NCBI GenBank assembly: GCA_963817245.1
Contig: CAWFNQ010000001.1
Span: 1,916,136 to 1,980,135 of the forward strand
Origin: an uncultured Chloroflexia bacterium
Lineage (GTDB): Bacteria; Chloroflexota; Limnocylindria; Limnocylindrales; CSP1-4
Direction of reading: 5' to 3'
Length of the DNA: 64,000 nt
Positions within the stretch are counted from its first letter, which is position 1; every line of letters starts with the position of its first letter. This document shows, one piece after another, positions 9,116-17,994 of the stretch. Below the pieces are notes generated by a model. It made no database searches. It saw only the letters and a program-made list of their open reading frames with translations, and was not told where the DNA came from. The position numbers and the translations under genes were made by a program.

Positions 9116-10241
9116 CGTTGGCCTCCTCGGTCGTCGTGGGTGCATCGTTCGTCGTCGTCTCGTCGGTCGTCGTCTCGTCGGTCGCGGCCACGATCGTCTC
9201 GTCGGTCGTCGTCTCGCCGGTCGCGGTCACGATCGCGTCGGCGGGATCCGACGCGATCGCACCGATGGACTCGACGGCCTCGAGCCGGCGGCCCGCCTCG
9301 GCCACGTCGATCTCGCCGCGCTCGAGGGCGCGAAGGATGGCGAGGCGAGCATCGGCGGCGGCGTCGACCAGGTCCGGGACCTCGCCGTCGGCCGCTGGGT
9401 CGTGCACGACGACCACGGTGGGCGGAGCGTCGTGGACCAGCGTGGTCCTGGGTTCGTCCCGTGCCACGGGATTCGCGCGGACGATCCGGACGTCGCCGGA
9501 CATCGTGCGGACCGAGAGGGTCGGGCCGCCGCTCCCGATGGCCATCGAGCGCTTCCCCGGGCGGCTCTCGGAGCGGCCCGGGATCTCGGAGTGCAGGTCG
9601 CCGGCCACGGTCTGGAGATCGACCCGGACGTCGCCGGCCAGCGCGAGCAGTGCATCGCCGCTGACCGATTCGATCGTGAACGGCCCTCGGCCGCCGAGTC
9701 GCCCCGCGAGCCGGATGTCGCCGCTCGTGGTCGTGGCCCGCAACGTCGCGATGGTGGCGGCCCGCAGGCCGAGATCGCCGGACACCGTCCGGGCCGAGAT
9801 CGTCGCCTCGCCGGTGATCGTGGCATCGACGTCGCCGGACACCGCCTCCACGGTGAGATGGCCGGACACGCCACGGAGGCGGATGTCCCCGGACGCACTG
9901 CGGTAGCGCTGCTCCCCGCTGAAGGACTCGGCGGTGATGTCGCCGCTCGACGAGTCGACGACCAGCGTCGCGCCCCGCGGCGCGTCGATGGCGAGGTCCG
10001 GGGTCCGTCCCGCATGCCAGGTCTCACCGAACACGTCGCGGCGGTCGGGGCGGATCGACAGGCTGCCGGCACCGCGATCGACGGTGAGGCGACCGTCGAG
10101 GTCGTCGCCCTGGTCGGGACTGACGCGGACGGTCGTGCCATCGATGCCGCGCAGCCGGATGTCGCCGTCGCCGAGGCGGATCTCGAGGACGCCGTCGATG
10201 CCGATGTCGTGCTCGATGGTGTGGATCACGGTGGTGCTCAT
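9108..10241 (-). CDS. DUF4097 (putative adhesin / toastrack-like beta-repeat) protein with C-terminal SHOCT-like helix and acidic Thr/Asp/Glu tandem repeats
   Basis: Repeated SGD[IV].. beta-strand units throughout. Internal ATG 10241 with SD GGGAGGA (7-nt spacer). C-terminal DARLAILRALERGEIDVAEAGRRLEAV then TTDETTTDETTTNDAPTTTEE encoded by 15/30-nt DNA tandem repeats. Confidence 0.65.
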   Translation of the reverse strand: MSTTVIHTIEHDIGIDGVLEIRLGDGDIRLRGIDGTTVRVSPDQGDDLDGRLTVDRGAGSLSIRPDRRDVFGETWHAGRTPDLAIDAPRGATLVVDSSSGDITAESFSGEQRYRSASGDIRLRGVSGHLTVEAVSGDVDATITGEATISARTVSGDLGLRAATIATLRATTTSGDIRLAGRLGGRGPFTIESVSGDALLALAGDVRVDLQTVAGDLHSEIPGRSESRPGKRSMAIGSGGPTLSVRTMSGDVRIVRANPVARDEPRTTLVHDAPPTVVVVHDPAADGEVPDLVDAAADARLAILRALERGEIDVAEAGRRLEAVESIGAIASDPADAIVTATGETTTDETIVAATDETTTDETTTNDAPTTTEEANDA

Positions 10242-10290
10242 GAACGGGTCCTCCCGAGCGCGCGGATCGCCGTCGCGGCGTCCTCGGCGC

Positions 10291-10698
10291 TCATCTCGTG
10301 GCGGGCCAGCGCCTCGAGGATCTCGGTGCGGCTCGTGGCGACCGCGGCGTCGGCGGCCGCGATCCCGCCGCTGCGGCACCGATCGCGTTGGCCGTGACGA
10401 CCGTCGGATCCTCGGCGTCGTCGCCGTCCCGTGGCCCGAAGCCGAGCGCTCGGACCAGGGCCTCGACGCGCGACCGGACGGTCGGGTAGCTGATCCCGAG
10501 CTCGCGCTCCATGTCGCGGAGGTTGCCGCGGGAGCGCAGGAAGCTCTCGAGGAGGGCGATCTGTTCGCGACTCAGACGGCCGAACCGCCCGACGCTGAAG
10601 TCGCCCTCGAGGGTCGTCCCGCAGCTACGGCAGTGGAGCCGCGTGACGGCGAGCTCGTTCGCGCAGACGGGGCAGGTGGAGATGACGTCGTGTGCCAT
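10291..10698 (-). CDS. DUF2089-family protein (N-terminal Cys4 zinc ribbon plus C-terminal HTH)
   Basis: CPVCANELAVTRLHCRSCGTTLEG zinc ribbon followed by REQIALLESFLRSRGNLRDMERELGISYPTVRSRVEAL HTH. Real start is the internal ATG 10698; the upstream 170 codons of the track ORF are low-complexity non-coding. First gene of a three-gene operon. Confidence 0.6.
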   Translation of the reverse strand: MAHDVISTCPVCANELAVTRLHCRSCGTTLEGDFSVGRFGRLSREQIALLESFLRSRGNLRDMERELGISYPTVRSRVEALVRALGFGPRDGDDAEDPTVVTANAIGAAAAGSRPPTPRSPRAAPRSSRRWPATR

Positions 10699-11008
10699 GG
10701 GGACCCTTCGGTTCGCGCTCGTGGGTGGATGTCGTTGAGTTGTTTTGTAGTACGCGAGTTTCTGTTTGTCAAGATGGGCTTTCACTTTTCGCATATCTGA
10801 CATTCCGACACGCGGCGCGCGCTCGCCGTTCTGGAGGTCGTCGGCCGGCGGCACGGCATCGTCGATCGTCCATGGCCGGTCGGGAGCGTTTGCCGGGCCC
10901 GGCAACGGGCCTTCGTCCGGTGGCGGGAGCGCCGCGGCGGGCGAGACTCCCTGTATCGAGGTGGTCAGGTCGACCGCCAGGGATCGGACCGGAAAGGAGC
11001 GAACCCGG

Positions 11009-11128
11009 ATGTCCGTGCAACAGCAGCTCTTCCCGGCGGACGCGTTCGGCACCGTCCCGTCCGTCCTGGTCGTCCTCATGACGATCCTCGCGATGCTCGG
11101 CGTCGTCGCCCACGCGGCACTCGGCTGA
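11009..11128 (+). CDS. 39-aa hydrophobic single-TM small protein (hypothetical)
   Basis: Perfectly placed SD AAAGGAG 8 nt before the ATG. ORF MSVQQQLFPADAFGTVPSVLVVLMTILAMLGVVAHAALG. Followed by two strong GC hairpins (11177-11196, 11214-11248). Lies in a 670-nt otherwise gene-free region. Confidence 0.45.
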   Translation: MSVQQQLFPADAFGTVPSVLVVLMTILAMLGVVAHAALG

Positions 11129-11213
11129 GTCGCGGGCCTCGGGCCCGTCTCGCGCCACCGCGGCACGCCGCACCCACTCGGGCGGCTCCGCCCGAGCCCT
11201 CCTCGCATCTCCC

Positions 11214-11248
11214 GGCCCCGGCAGGACCGTCAGCTCCTGACCGGGGCC
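11214..11248 (+). terminator. GC-rich hairpin (12-bp stem) downstream of the small membrane ORF
   Basis: GGCCCCGGCAGG-accgtcagct-CCTGACCGGGGCC with one bulged base. A second 9-bp hairpin CTCGGGCGG-ct-CCGCCCGAG sits at 11177-11196. No U-tract. Confidence 0.25.
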
Positions 11249-11366
11249 TCCGCCTGTTCCGGGCCGACGGCCTGGCTGGGGTCTTGACAGGGAACTGTTC
11301 ACCGTCTACGTTGCGTTCAACATTTCCTGAATGATGAGCGACATACGAACGATGGTGACGCGATGA

Positions 11367-12071
11367 ATGCCAGCGCGACTCGAGAGGAGACCGGCGCCGC
11401 CGCCCTCGAATTCGACCGCCTCGACGACCGCGAACGTCGACGGAGCGGACGACGCCGGGCCCGACCCCCTGCCCGAACGTCGGATCAACGATGTCGAGAC
11501 GATCAAGGCGCTGTCCGATCCCCTGCGCCTGCGGATCCTCGAGGTGATGACCGCCGCCCACGACGAGACCTTCACCGTCAAGCGCCTGGCGGCCAGCCTC
11601 GGTGTGAGCCAGACCAAGCTCTATCACCACGTCAACCTGCTCGTCGAACGGGAGCTCATCCGCCCCGCCGGCCAGCGCGTCGTGTCGGGGATCATCGAGA
11701 CGAGCTACCGGATCGGGCAGCTCCAGATCAGCCTCGACCGCTCGCTGCTTGCGACCGACAGTGCCGGTCTGCACGACGTCCTGGCCACCGTCTTCGAGGG
11801 TGCCCGCGACGACATCGAGCGCGGCCTCCGCAGCGGGGCCATCCGGGTGGACGAGGAGGCCGGCCCGCACGCGAAGCTCGTCGTCTCGAAGGGCCTGGCC
11901 CGGCTCAGCCCCGCCCAGGCGGTCGCATTCCGCGACCGGCTGGTCGAGTTGATCGCCTCCTTCGATACGGCCGACATGCCGCGTGACACGCCCGATGACG
12001 CCCGGCCGTACGGCCTCGTGCTGGGCTTCTATCCGATGACCGACGCTGCCACCGAGGAGGACGAGCGATGA
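11367..12071 (+). CDS. ArsR-family (HTH_20) transcriptional regulator
   Basis: ALSDPLRLRILEVMTAAHDETFTVKRLAASLGVSQTKLYHHVNLLVERELI winged-HTH. Stop overlaps the downstream MFS start (ATGA). N-terminal 35 aa may not be translated. Confidence 0.7.
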   Translation: MPARLERRPAPPPSNSTASTTANVDGADDAGPDPLPERRINDVETIKALSDPLRLRILEVMTAAHDETFTVKRLAASLGVSQTKLYHHVNLLVERELIRPAGQRVVSGIIETSYRIGQLQISLDRSLLATDSAGLHDVLATVFEGARDDIERGLRSGAIRVDEEAGPHAKLVVSKGLARLSPAQAVAFRDRLVELIASFDTADMPRDTPDDARPYGLVLGFYPMTDAATEEDER

Positions 12072-13393
12072 GCGCTCAGCCGGCCGCTGCAGGGATGTCC
12101 GTGCGCGACGTCCTGCGCATCGCCGATTTCCGGCGCCTGTGGGCGGCCCAGACCATCTCCGACATCGGCGACGGCGTGACGCTGCTGACGCTGCTCCTCC
12201 TCGTCAACGAGCTCACCCACTCCACCCTCGCCCTCGCCGCGGTCTCGATCGCGCTTGCCATCCCGCCGCTGACGATCGGGATCGTCGCCGGCACCTATGT
12301 CGATCGCTGGGACCGGCGACGGGTGATGATCGTCGCGGACTCGCTGCGCGCGGTCGTCGTGCTCGGGTTCATCGTCGTCGGTCGCGCCGAGCTGATGCCG
12401 CTCGTCGTCCTGCTCGCCCTCATCCAGGCGTCGATCGGCACGTTCTTCAGCCCCGCACGGGGTGCACTGGTGCCGCGCGTCGTGCCGGCCGAGGGCTTGC
12501 TCGCCGCCAACTCGATCACCCAGGCCACCCGGGTCATCGCCGGGGTGGTGGGCGCCGGCCTCGCCGGGTTCATCGTCGGCGTCGCCGGGCTCACCTGGCC
12601 GGCGTTCGTCATCGACTCGATCACCTTCGCGGTCTCGGCGCTGCTGGTCGTCGGCGTGACGGCCTCCGCCGGTGCGCCGTCCGACGCGGAGCGCCTTGCC
12701 ACGACCAGCGTCGGGTCGTCCGTGCTCGAGGGCCTGCGCGTGGTGGGCCGGTCGCGGCTGCTCTCGACGACGCTCCTCGCGCTCGCGCTCACGATGCTCG
12801 GGCTCGGCGCCATCAACGTCCTGTTCCTGCCGCTCCTGGTCAACGTCCTGGGCGTCAGCCCGACGTGGATCGGGGCCGTCGACCTGGCGCAAAGCACCTC
12901 GATGATCCTGTCCGCCGGGCTCGTGGCGATGCTGGCGTCGCGCCTCCATCCGACGACGATCGTGACGGTCGCGCTCCTGGCCGTCGGCGTCCTCATCGGC
13001 CTCGTCGGGGCGACGACGCACATGCTCCAGGTGCTGGTGCTGCTCTTCGGGATCGGCTGGTTCGTGACCCCGGTCCAGGCCGCGGTCGTGACGATCTTCC
13101 AGACCGGGGTGCCGGACGCAGCCCGCGGCCGGGCCATGGCCACCCTCCAGGCGGCGATGTCCGGGGCGAGCGTCGCCTCGATGGTGCTGGCCGGCGTGTT
13201 CGGCGACCTCGTCGGTGTCCGGATGGTCTTCTTCATCGGCGGCGCGGTCGTCGTCATCGGCGGGATCGCCGCGGGCCTGCTCTACCGCGGGGCGCGGGAG
13301 GCGTCAGCCGAGGCGATCGGCGGGCCGGCCCGCGACGAGACCGGCGCCCCGGCGGGCGTCGAGGCCAGGACGGTCGGAAGCCCGGGTACCTGA
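12068..13393 (+). CDS. MFS transporter (EntS/YbdA-like efflux family)
   Basis: 12 predicted TM segments and MFS signature regions (DRWDRRRVMIVADSLRAVVV). Translationally coupled to the ArsR regulator. Confidence 0.8.
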   Translation: MSAQPAAAGMSVRDVLRIADFRRLWAAQTISDIGDGVTLLTLLLLVNELTHSTLALAAVSIALAIPPLTIGIVAGTYVDRWDRRRVMIVADSLRAVVVLGFIVVGRAELMPLVVLLALIQASIGTFFSPARGALVPRVVPAEGLLAANSITQATRVIAGVVGAGLAGFIVGVAGLTWPAFVIDSITFAVSALLVVGVTASAGAPSDAERLATTSVGSSVLEGLRVVGRSRLLSTTLLALALTMLGLGAINVLFLPLLVNVLGVSPTWIGAVDLAQSTSMILSAGLVAMLASRLHPTTIVTVALLAVGVLIGLVGATTHMLQVLVLLFGIGWFVTPVQAAVVTIFQTGVPDAARGRAMATLQAAMSGASVASMVLAGVFGDLVGVRMVFFIGGAVVVIGGIAAGLLYRGAREASAEAIGGPARDETGAPAGVEARTVGSPGT

Positions 13394-13438
13394 CGGTCCC
13401 GGGCTTCGTCTCGTCGCGCTGGACGGTGCGGGCGAGCG

Positions 13439-14284
13439 TCAGCCGCCGGCGCGCACCTGGGTGGCCGTCAATGACAGGTTGCCGACGAGCGAGTGGTAGT
13501 AGCGGCCCGCCTTGTACGGGTCCATCCAGGCCGTGTAGCCCGGCGTCCGCGATGAGGCGAACTTGAAGTCGGCCGAACCGGTCCACGCGGGATCGGCCCG
13601 GAAGATGTAGCCGACCGTCTGCGAACCCGTCAGCAGCTGACGGATGACCGTCGAGAGGCTGTCGATGCCGTTCGCGAACACGGCTCGGGCCGGCGAGCGA
13701 AGGAACCCGGCGCCGTAGTTGTCGACGCGCTTCTTGGCCGTGGCCTTGGTCGGGTTCGAGAGACCCCACTCCGAGTCGCCGGAGGCGTAGCAGAGGCGGT
13801 TCAGCAGGATGACCGCGTTCTTCTGCACCTTGAGGGTCTTGACGTAGTCCTCGCCGTAGTACTTGGTGTTGTTGTTCCCCGCGCCATCGGTCTTGTTCAG
13901 GCCGAACCCGTCCTTGCGATCGGAATAGAAGGCGCCGTACGGGCTCGGATGGCCGTTGCCGTGGCCGAGGTAGATGACGATGTTCGCACCGACCGCCGCG
14001 GTCTTGACCTTGCCCCACGTCGCGTGGGGGCTATAGACCTCCTTGACGGTGGCGCCGTAGGAGCGAGCGAGTTTCGCGTAACTCTTCGCGCTGCTGATGT
14101 AGTTCGCGGTGCTGGACCCGACCGGGCCGACGATGACGGTCACCTTGACCGAGGATGCGGCCGCGGGCATCGGGTTCGTCGCGAGTCCGCCGAGGGCGAC
14201 GACCGAGGCCAGGATGGGCAGCGCCAGGAGGCGCCAACGAAGGTGAAGGGACGCCCGCTGGGCGCCGCGCTGTCCTACCTGCAA
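13439..14284 (-). CDS. Secreted caspase-fold (clostripain C11 / C13-like) putative cysteine peptidase
   Basis: Signal peptide (RWRLLALPILASVVALGGLATNPMPAAA) then His-Cys dyad in the caspase arrangement (IVIYLGHGNGH ... AVILLNRLCYASGDS). TTG start at 14284 with SD GGAGGAGG (8-nt spacer); the track ORF extends 163 codons further through low-complexity sequence. Confidence 0.45.
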   Translation of the reverse strand: MQVGQRGAQRASLHLRWRLLALPILASVVALGGLATNPMPAAASSVKVTVIVGPVGSSTANYISSAKSYAKLARSYGATVKEVYSPHATWGKVKTAAVGANIVIYLGHGNGHPSPYGAFYSDRKDGFGLNKTDGAGNNNTKYYGEDYVKTLKVQKNAVILLNRLCYASGDSEWGLSNPTKATAKKRVDNYGAGFLRSPARAVFANGIDSLSTVIRQLLTGSQTVGYIFRADPAWTGSADFKFASSRTPGYTAWMDPYKAGRYYHSLVGNLSLTATQVRAGG

Positions 14285-14729
14285 CAGTCGTGCCTCCTCC
14301 CTGCCGGAACACCGCGCGGGGGCGCGGCGACGGTGGTGCTGTGCCGCCTGGCGACAGAAGGGTGCGAACGGACGCGAGGGCCGGGTCGCGGGGTTCGGAT
14401 CGGTGAGCGATCCGGCGGATCGTCGGGGGTGAGACCCGACGGGTGACAGGGTTCCTGCCGTGGGGGCGGCGGTCTTCGGTTGTGCCTGTCTTCTGGGCGT
14501 GCCCGTGGGGGTCCGGGCAAGTATGCCAGCCGCCGCAACCCGCTGCCGAGCCCGACCATCGGGTGTCGGCGGTGGCCCGAAGGGCCTGCGCACCGGCGCA
14601 CCATCCGATTTCCGGTATGCTCGCGGCGCCCGGTCTCGTTCGCGGTGGGTGTCTGCCACGTGGGGACACGACCCCGATCGACTACCGGAGCGCCGATCCG
14701 GCCCAGAACCGGCCGCCCAGGAGTCCTGC

Positions 14730-15998
14730 TTGACCTTCGATACGCTCGGCCTGTCGGCCGACCTCCTCCGCACGGTCGCGGAAGAGGGCTACGTCGTACC
14801 GACGCCCGTCCAGGCGTCGGCCATCCCACTCGTGCTCGAGGGACGTGACGTCCTCGCCGCCGCCCAGACCGGGACGGGCAAGACCGCGGCGTTCGTGCTG
14901 CCGATCCTCGACCGGCTCCGCCACCACGCGAACACGAGCTTCTCGCCGGCGCGCCACCCGGTCCGCACGCTCATCGTCGTGCCGACCCGCGAGCTGGCGG
15001 TGCAGGTCGACGAGAGCGTCCATACCTACGGGCGGACGGTGCCGCTCCGCTCGACCGTCGTGTACGGCGGCATGCCGATGGATCCCCAGATCAAGGCGCT
15101 CCGCGACGGGGTCGAGATCCTCGTCGCCACGCCCGGCCGCCTGCTCGACCTCGTCGGACAGCGCGTCGCGAACCTCGGCCAGGTCGAGATCCTCGTCCTC
15201 GACGAGGCCGACCGGATGCTCGACATGGGCTTCATGCCCGACATCCAGCGGATCATCGAGCTGCTGCCCGCTCGTCGGCAGAACCTCATGTTCTCGGCCA
15301 CGTTCTCCGACGAGATCCGACGGCTGGCCGGCACGATCCTGCGGGACCCGGCCACGGTCGAGGTGGCGCCGCGGAACACGGCCGCCGAAGCGGTCGAGCA
15401 GCTCGTGTACCCGGTCGACCGCGACCGCAAGGAGGCGCTCCTCGCCCACCTGATCCGCAAGGACGACCTGCACCAGGTGCTGGTCTTCACCCGGACCAAG
15501 CTGGCGGCCAGCCGGCTCGCCTCACGCCTCGACCGCGAGGGGCTCGATGCCGTGGCCATCCACTCGGACCGCTCGCAGCCGGAACGGACGAAGGCGCTCG
15601 AGGGCTTCAAGAACGGCGAGATCCGCGTGCTGGTGGCCACGGACGTGGCGGCCCGCGGCCTCGATATCGAGGACCTGCCGGTCGTCGTCAACTTCGAGCT
15701 GCCGTGGAACCCGCAGGACTACATCCACCGGATCGGGCGGACGGGCCGTGCCGGGGCGACGGGCGAGGCCATCTCACTGGTGTGCATGGACGAGGTCGAC
15801 CTGCTGCGAGGCGTCCAGCGCCTGCTCAAGCGCGCGATCCCCTGGACCGTCGAGGAGGGTTTCGTCCCCGACCGGAACGCCGAGACCCATCCCGTCTCGA
15901 TGCGCGCCGGCCATGCCCGGGTCAGCCCGGAGCATCACGCGCACCGCAAGCCGGTCCGCCGCACGGGCCGGGTCGAGAGCGGTCGCCGGGGGCGCTAG
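14730..15998 (+). CDS. DEAD-box ATP-dependent RNA helicase
   Basis: Q-motif region, motif I AQTGTGKT, Ia PTRELA, II DEAD (VLDEADRML), III SAT, VI HRIGRTGRAG, and a basic C-terminal tail. TTG start with SD AGGAG (6-nt spacer); the upstream portion of the track ORF is non-coding. Confidence 0.9.
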   Translation: MTFDTLGLSADLLRTVAEEGYVVPTPVQASAIPLVLEGRDVLAAAQTGTGKTAAFVLPILDRLRHHANTSFSPARHPVRTLIVVPTRELAVQVDESVHTYGRTVPLRSTVVYGGMPMDPQIKALRDGVEILVATPGRLLDLVGQRVANLGQVEILVLDEADRMLDMGFMPDIQRIIELLPARRQNLMFSATFSDEIRRLAGTILRDPATVEVAPRNTAAEAVEQLVYPVDRDRKEALLAHLIRKDDLHQVLVFTRTKLAASRLASRLDREGLDAVAIHSDRSQPERTKALEGFKNGEIRVLVATDVAARGLDIEDLPVVVNFELPWNPQDYIHRIGRTGRAGATGEAISLVCMDEVDLLRGVQRLLKRAIPWTVEEGFVPDRNAETHPVSMRAGHARVSPEHHAHRKPVRRTGRVESGRRGR

Positions 15999-16525
15999 GC
16001 GGTGGTCACCGGCGGCGCCGGGGCCCCCGGCGGATCCTCCATCGCGGCGCCCGGGAAGAAGAAGCCGAGCATCAGGTCGGCAGTCACGCGATCGACCCCG
16101 TAGCGATTGATGAGCGCGTGGTGGCACTCGATGGTCGTCTCGGGGGCCGACACGAGCCCGAGGCGCACGTCACGCAGCATCACGAACTCGCCACTCGGGC
16201 GAGTCAGCGCGCGGCCGGGATCGAAGCCGGGAAGGGTCGGCAGATCGCCGCTGACGGTGTACGGGCCGACCTCCAGCTCGATCGAATGCCACGCGGCGTG
16301 CGCGGCGATGAACGGGTCGTCGTCGGAGACCACGATCAGGCAGTCGTCGCTCGCGATGCTGACGTCGCCCGACGGCCCCGGCGTGGCGCCGTCAAGCGCC
16401 TGCCACGAGGCGCCGGCCAGCGGCAGTTCGCTCGATGTCTCGAGGAAATCGCGCAATTGCCCGGCACGCGCGAACGTGCCGGTGGCGATCCCCCCGCTGA
16501 GATAAGCGTCGACCTGGATCGGCAT
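15995..16525 (-). CDS. Hypothetical protein (176 aa)
   Basis: Strongly GC3-biased ORF, convergent with and overlapping the helicase stop by 4 nt. No recognisable motif. Confidence 0.4.
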   Translation of the reverse strand: MPIQVDAYLSGGIATGTFARAGQLRDFLETSSELPLAGASWQALDGATPGPSGDVSIASDDCLIVVSDDDPFIAAHAAWHSIELEVGPYTVSGDLPTLPGFDPGRALTRPSGEFVMLRDVRLGLVSAPETTIECHHALINRYGVDRVTADLMLGFFFPGAAMEDPPGAPAPPVTTA

Positions 16526-16659
16526 GTGCGGGCCCCCGGATGTGGCCGCTACGGTGCGTCACGGGCGCGGGCGCGGGAACGACCCGTCCGTACCCGTCCT
16601 CGCAGCCGGTCGTCCCGGTCCCGAGCGTGGGAGCGGCTCGGATCCGCCCGGGGCGGCGC

Positions 16660-17919
16660 TCAGATCGGGGCGCGACAGGCGGCGCAGTCGGTCGACGGCT
16701 TGAGGGCGATGCGCAGCAGCGAACGGGCGATGATCGCCGGATCGGTCCGGCTCTGGTTGGTCAGGATGGCGATCGCCATCCGCTCGTCCGGCAGCCAGCG
16801 CACGAGCGAGCGGAACCCGAGCAGCCGGCCCGAGTGACCGTAGGCGACGTGCCCCCCGAGGTCGACCCGCTGGACGCCGAGGCCGTACGGGATCGCCGGG
16901 TCCTTCGAGGCCGTCGCCAGGATGTCATCGAACATGGCCTGACGCGAGGCCGGCGACACGGCCGAGACGGCGCCGTCGCCGTAGAGCGCGCGTGCCCAGA
17001 ACACCAGGTCGGTCGGCGTGGAGGCGATCTCCCCCGCTCCACCGGCCGCGGTGATGACCGAGGTGAACGGCGCGACGCGCGTCCCGTCCGAGAGGTCGAT
17101 CGGCTTCGCGTTGCCGGGAGCGAAGCGATAGCCGTGGGCGACCGGACCGGTCGGCACCCGGTCGCGCTGGTCGTAGGTCCGGGTCAGGCCGATCGGACCG
17201 AAGAAGCGGCTTGCCAGCTGCTCCTGGAGCGACGCCCCGCCCACCTGCTCGGCGAGCTGGCCGAGGATCAGGTAGTTCGTGTTCGAGTACGCCCAGCCCT
17301 TCCCCGGCGAGAACGAGCGCTTGCCCACGTACCCGAGCGATTCGGCGAACCCCCAGGCACGCGCGCGGTCCTTCAGCAGGGCCTTGTCGATGCCCGGACC
17401 GAAGAAGAAGTCCGCAAGCCCGCTCGTGTGGTCGAGCAGCTGGTGGACGGTGATCCGGCGGTCGATGGGCAGGTTCGGCAGGTAGTGGCGGACCGACGTC
17501 TCCAGGTCGATCTTGCCCTCGTCGTGGAGGGCCAGGATCAGGGCGGACGTGAACGTCTTGCTGACGCTCGCGACGGCGAACGCCGTGTCGGTCTGCACCG
17601 GGGTCTTGGCCTTGACGTCGGCGAGGCCGCTCGTGCCGAGCCACATGGTCCCGTCCGGGAAGAGGATCGCGACCGAGATGCCCGGGATCGCCTCGCGCTC
17701 GCGCATGCGATCGAGGCGGGCCTGGAGCGCGATTCGGACGGCGGTCGTCGCCGTCGAGCGGATCAGCGAGGGCTTGGCCGGCGCGTCGACCGAGACCGGC
17801 CCGACGACGACGGGCCCGATCGCCGCGACGGACGGCACCGAGATCGAGGTCACGAGCGTCGCGATCGACGCCGCCACGAGCACGGCGCGAGCCAGGCGGG
17901 AAGTCCCCGGGAAGCGCAT
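16660..17919 (-). CDS. Secreted serine hydrolase of the beta-lactamase/transpeptidase superfamily (class C-like)
   Basis: Signal peptide MRFPGTSRLARAVLVAASIATLVTSISVPSVAA. SxxK active site (ASVSKTF), YSN-type motif (WAYSNTNY) and HSG (GHSGRL). Start at the internal ATG 17919. Confidence 0.8.
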   Translation of the reverse strand: MRFPGTSRLARAVLVAASIATLVTSISVPSVAAIGPVVVGPVSVDAPAKPSLIRSTATTAVRIALQARLDRMREREAIPGISVAILFPDGTMWLGTSGLADVKAKTPVQTDTAFAVASVSKTFTSALILALHDEGKIDLETSVRHYLPNLPIDRRITVHQLLDHTSGLADFFFGPGIDKALLKDRARAWGFAESLGYVGKRSFSPGKGWAYSNTNYLILGQLAEQVGGASLQEQLASRFFGPIGLTRTYDQRDRVPTGPVAHGYRFAPGNAKPIDLSDGTRVAPFTSVITAAGGAGEIASTPTDLVFWARALYGDGAVSAVSPASRQAMFDDILATASKDPAIPYGLGVQRVDLGGHVAYGHSGRLLGFRSLVRWLPDERMAIAILTNQSRTDPAIIARSLLRIALKPSTDCAACRAPI

Positions 17920-17994
17920 CAGGCGGCGGGCTGACCGGGTCGGCACATGTCGGTCGCACGATAGCGCAGCCCGGCGCGGGTACCATCCGGGACG

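Noticed and set aside
9120-9235. Tandem 15/30-nt DNA repeats at the DUF4097 3' end as a possible CRISPR-like or VNTR element
   Set aside because: The repeats are in-frame coding sequence (TTDETTT units) with no spacer-repeat architecture, so this is not a CRISPR array. It is recorded only as a variable coding repeat.
8617-9906. Plus-strand ORFs 8617..9906 and 8690..9664 (R/S/P-rich)
   Set aside because: Antisense to the DUF4097 gene and its tandem repeat tract; translations are poly-Arg/Ser repeats ([17 protein letters not shown]), which is characteristic of repeat-DNA read in the wrong frame.
12029-13566. ORFs 12029..13021 (minus) and 12139..13566 (plus) overlapping the MFS transporter
   Set aside because: Highly charged (RRDERDR...) or Gly/Arg-rich products in alternate frames of a gene with an unambiguous 12-TM MFS product.
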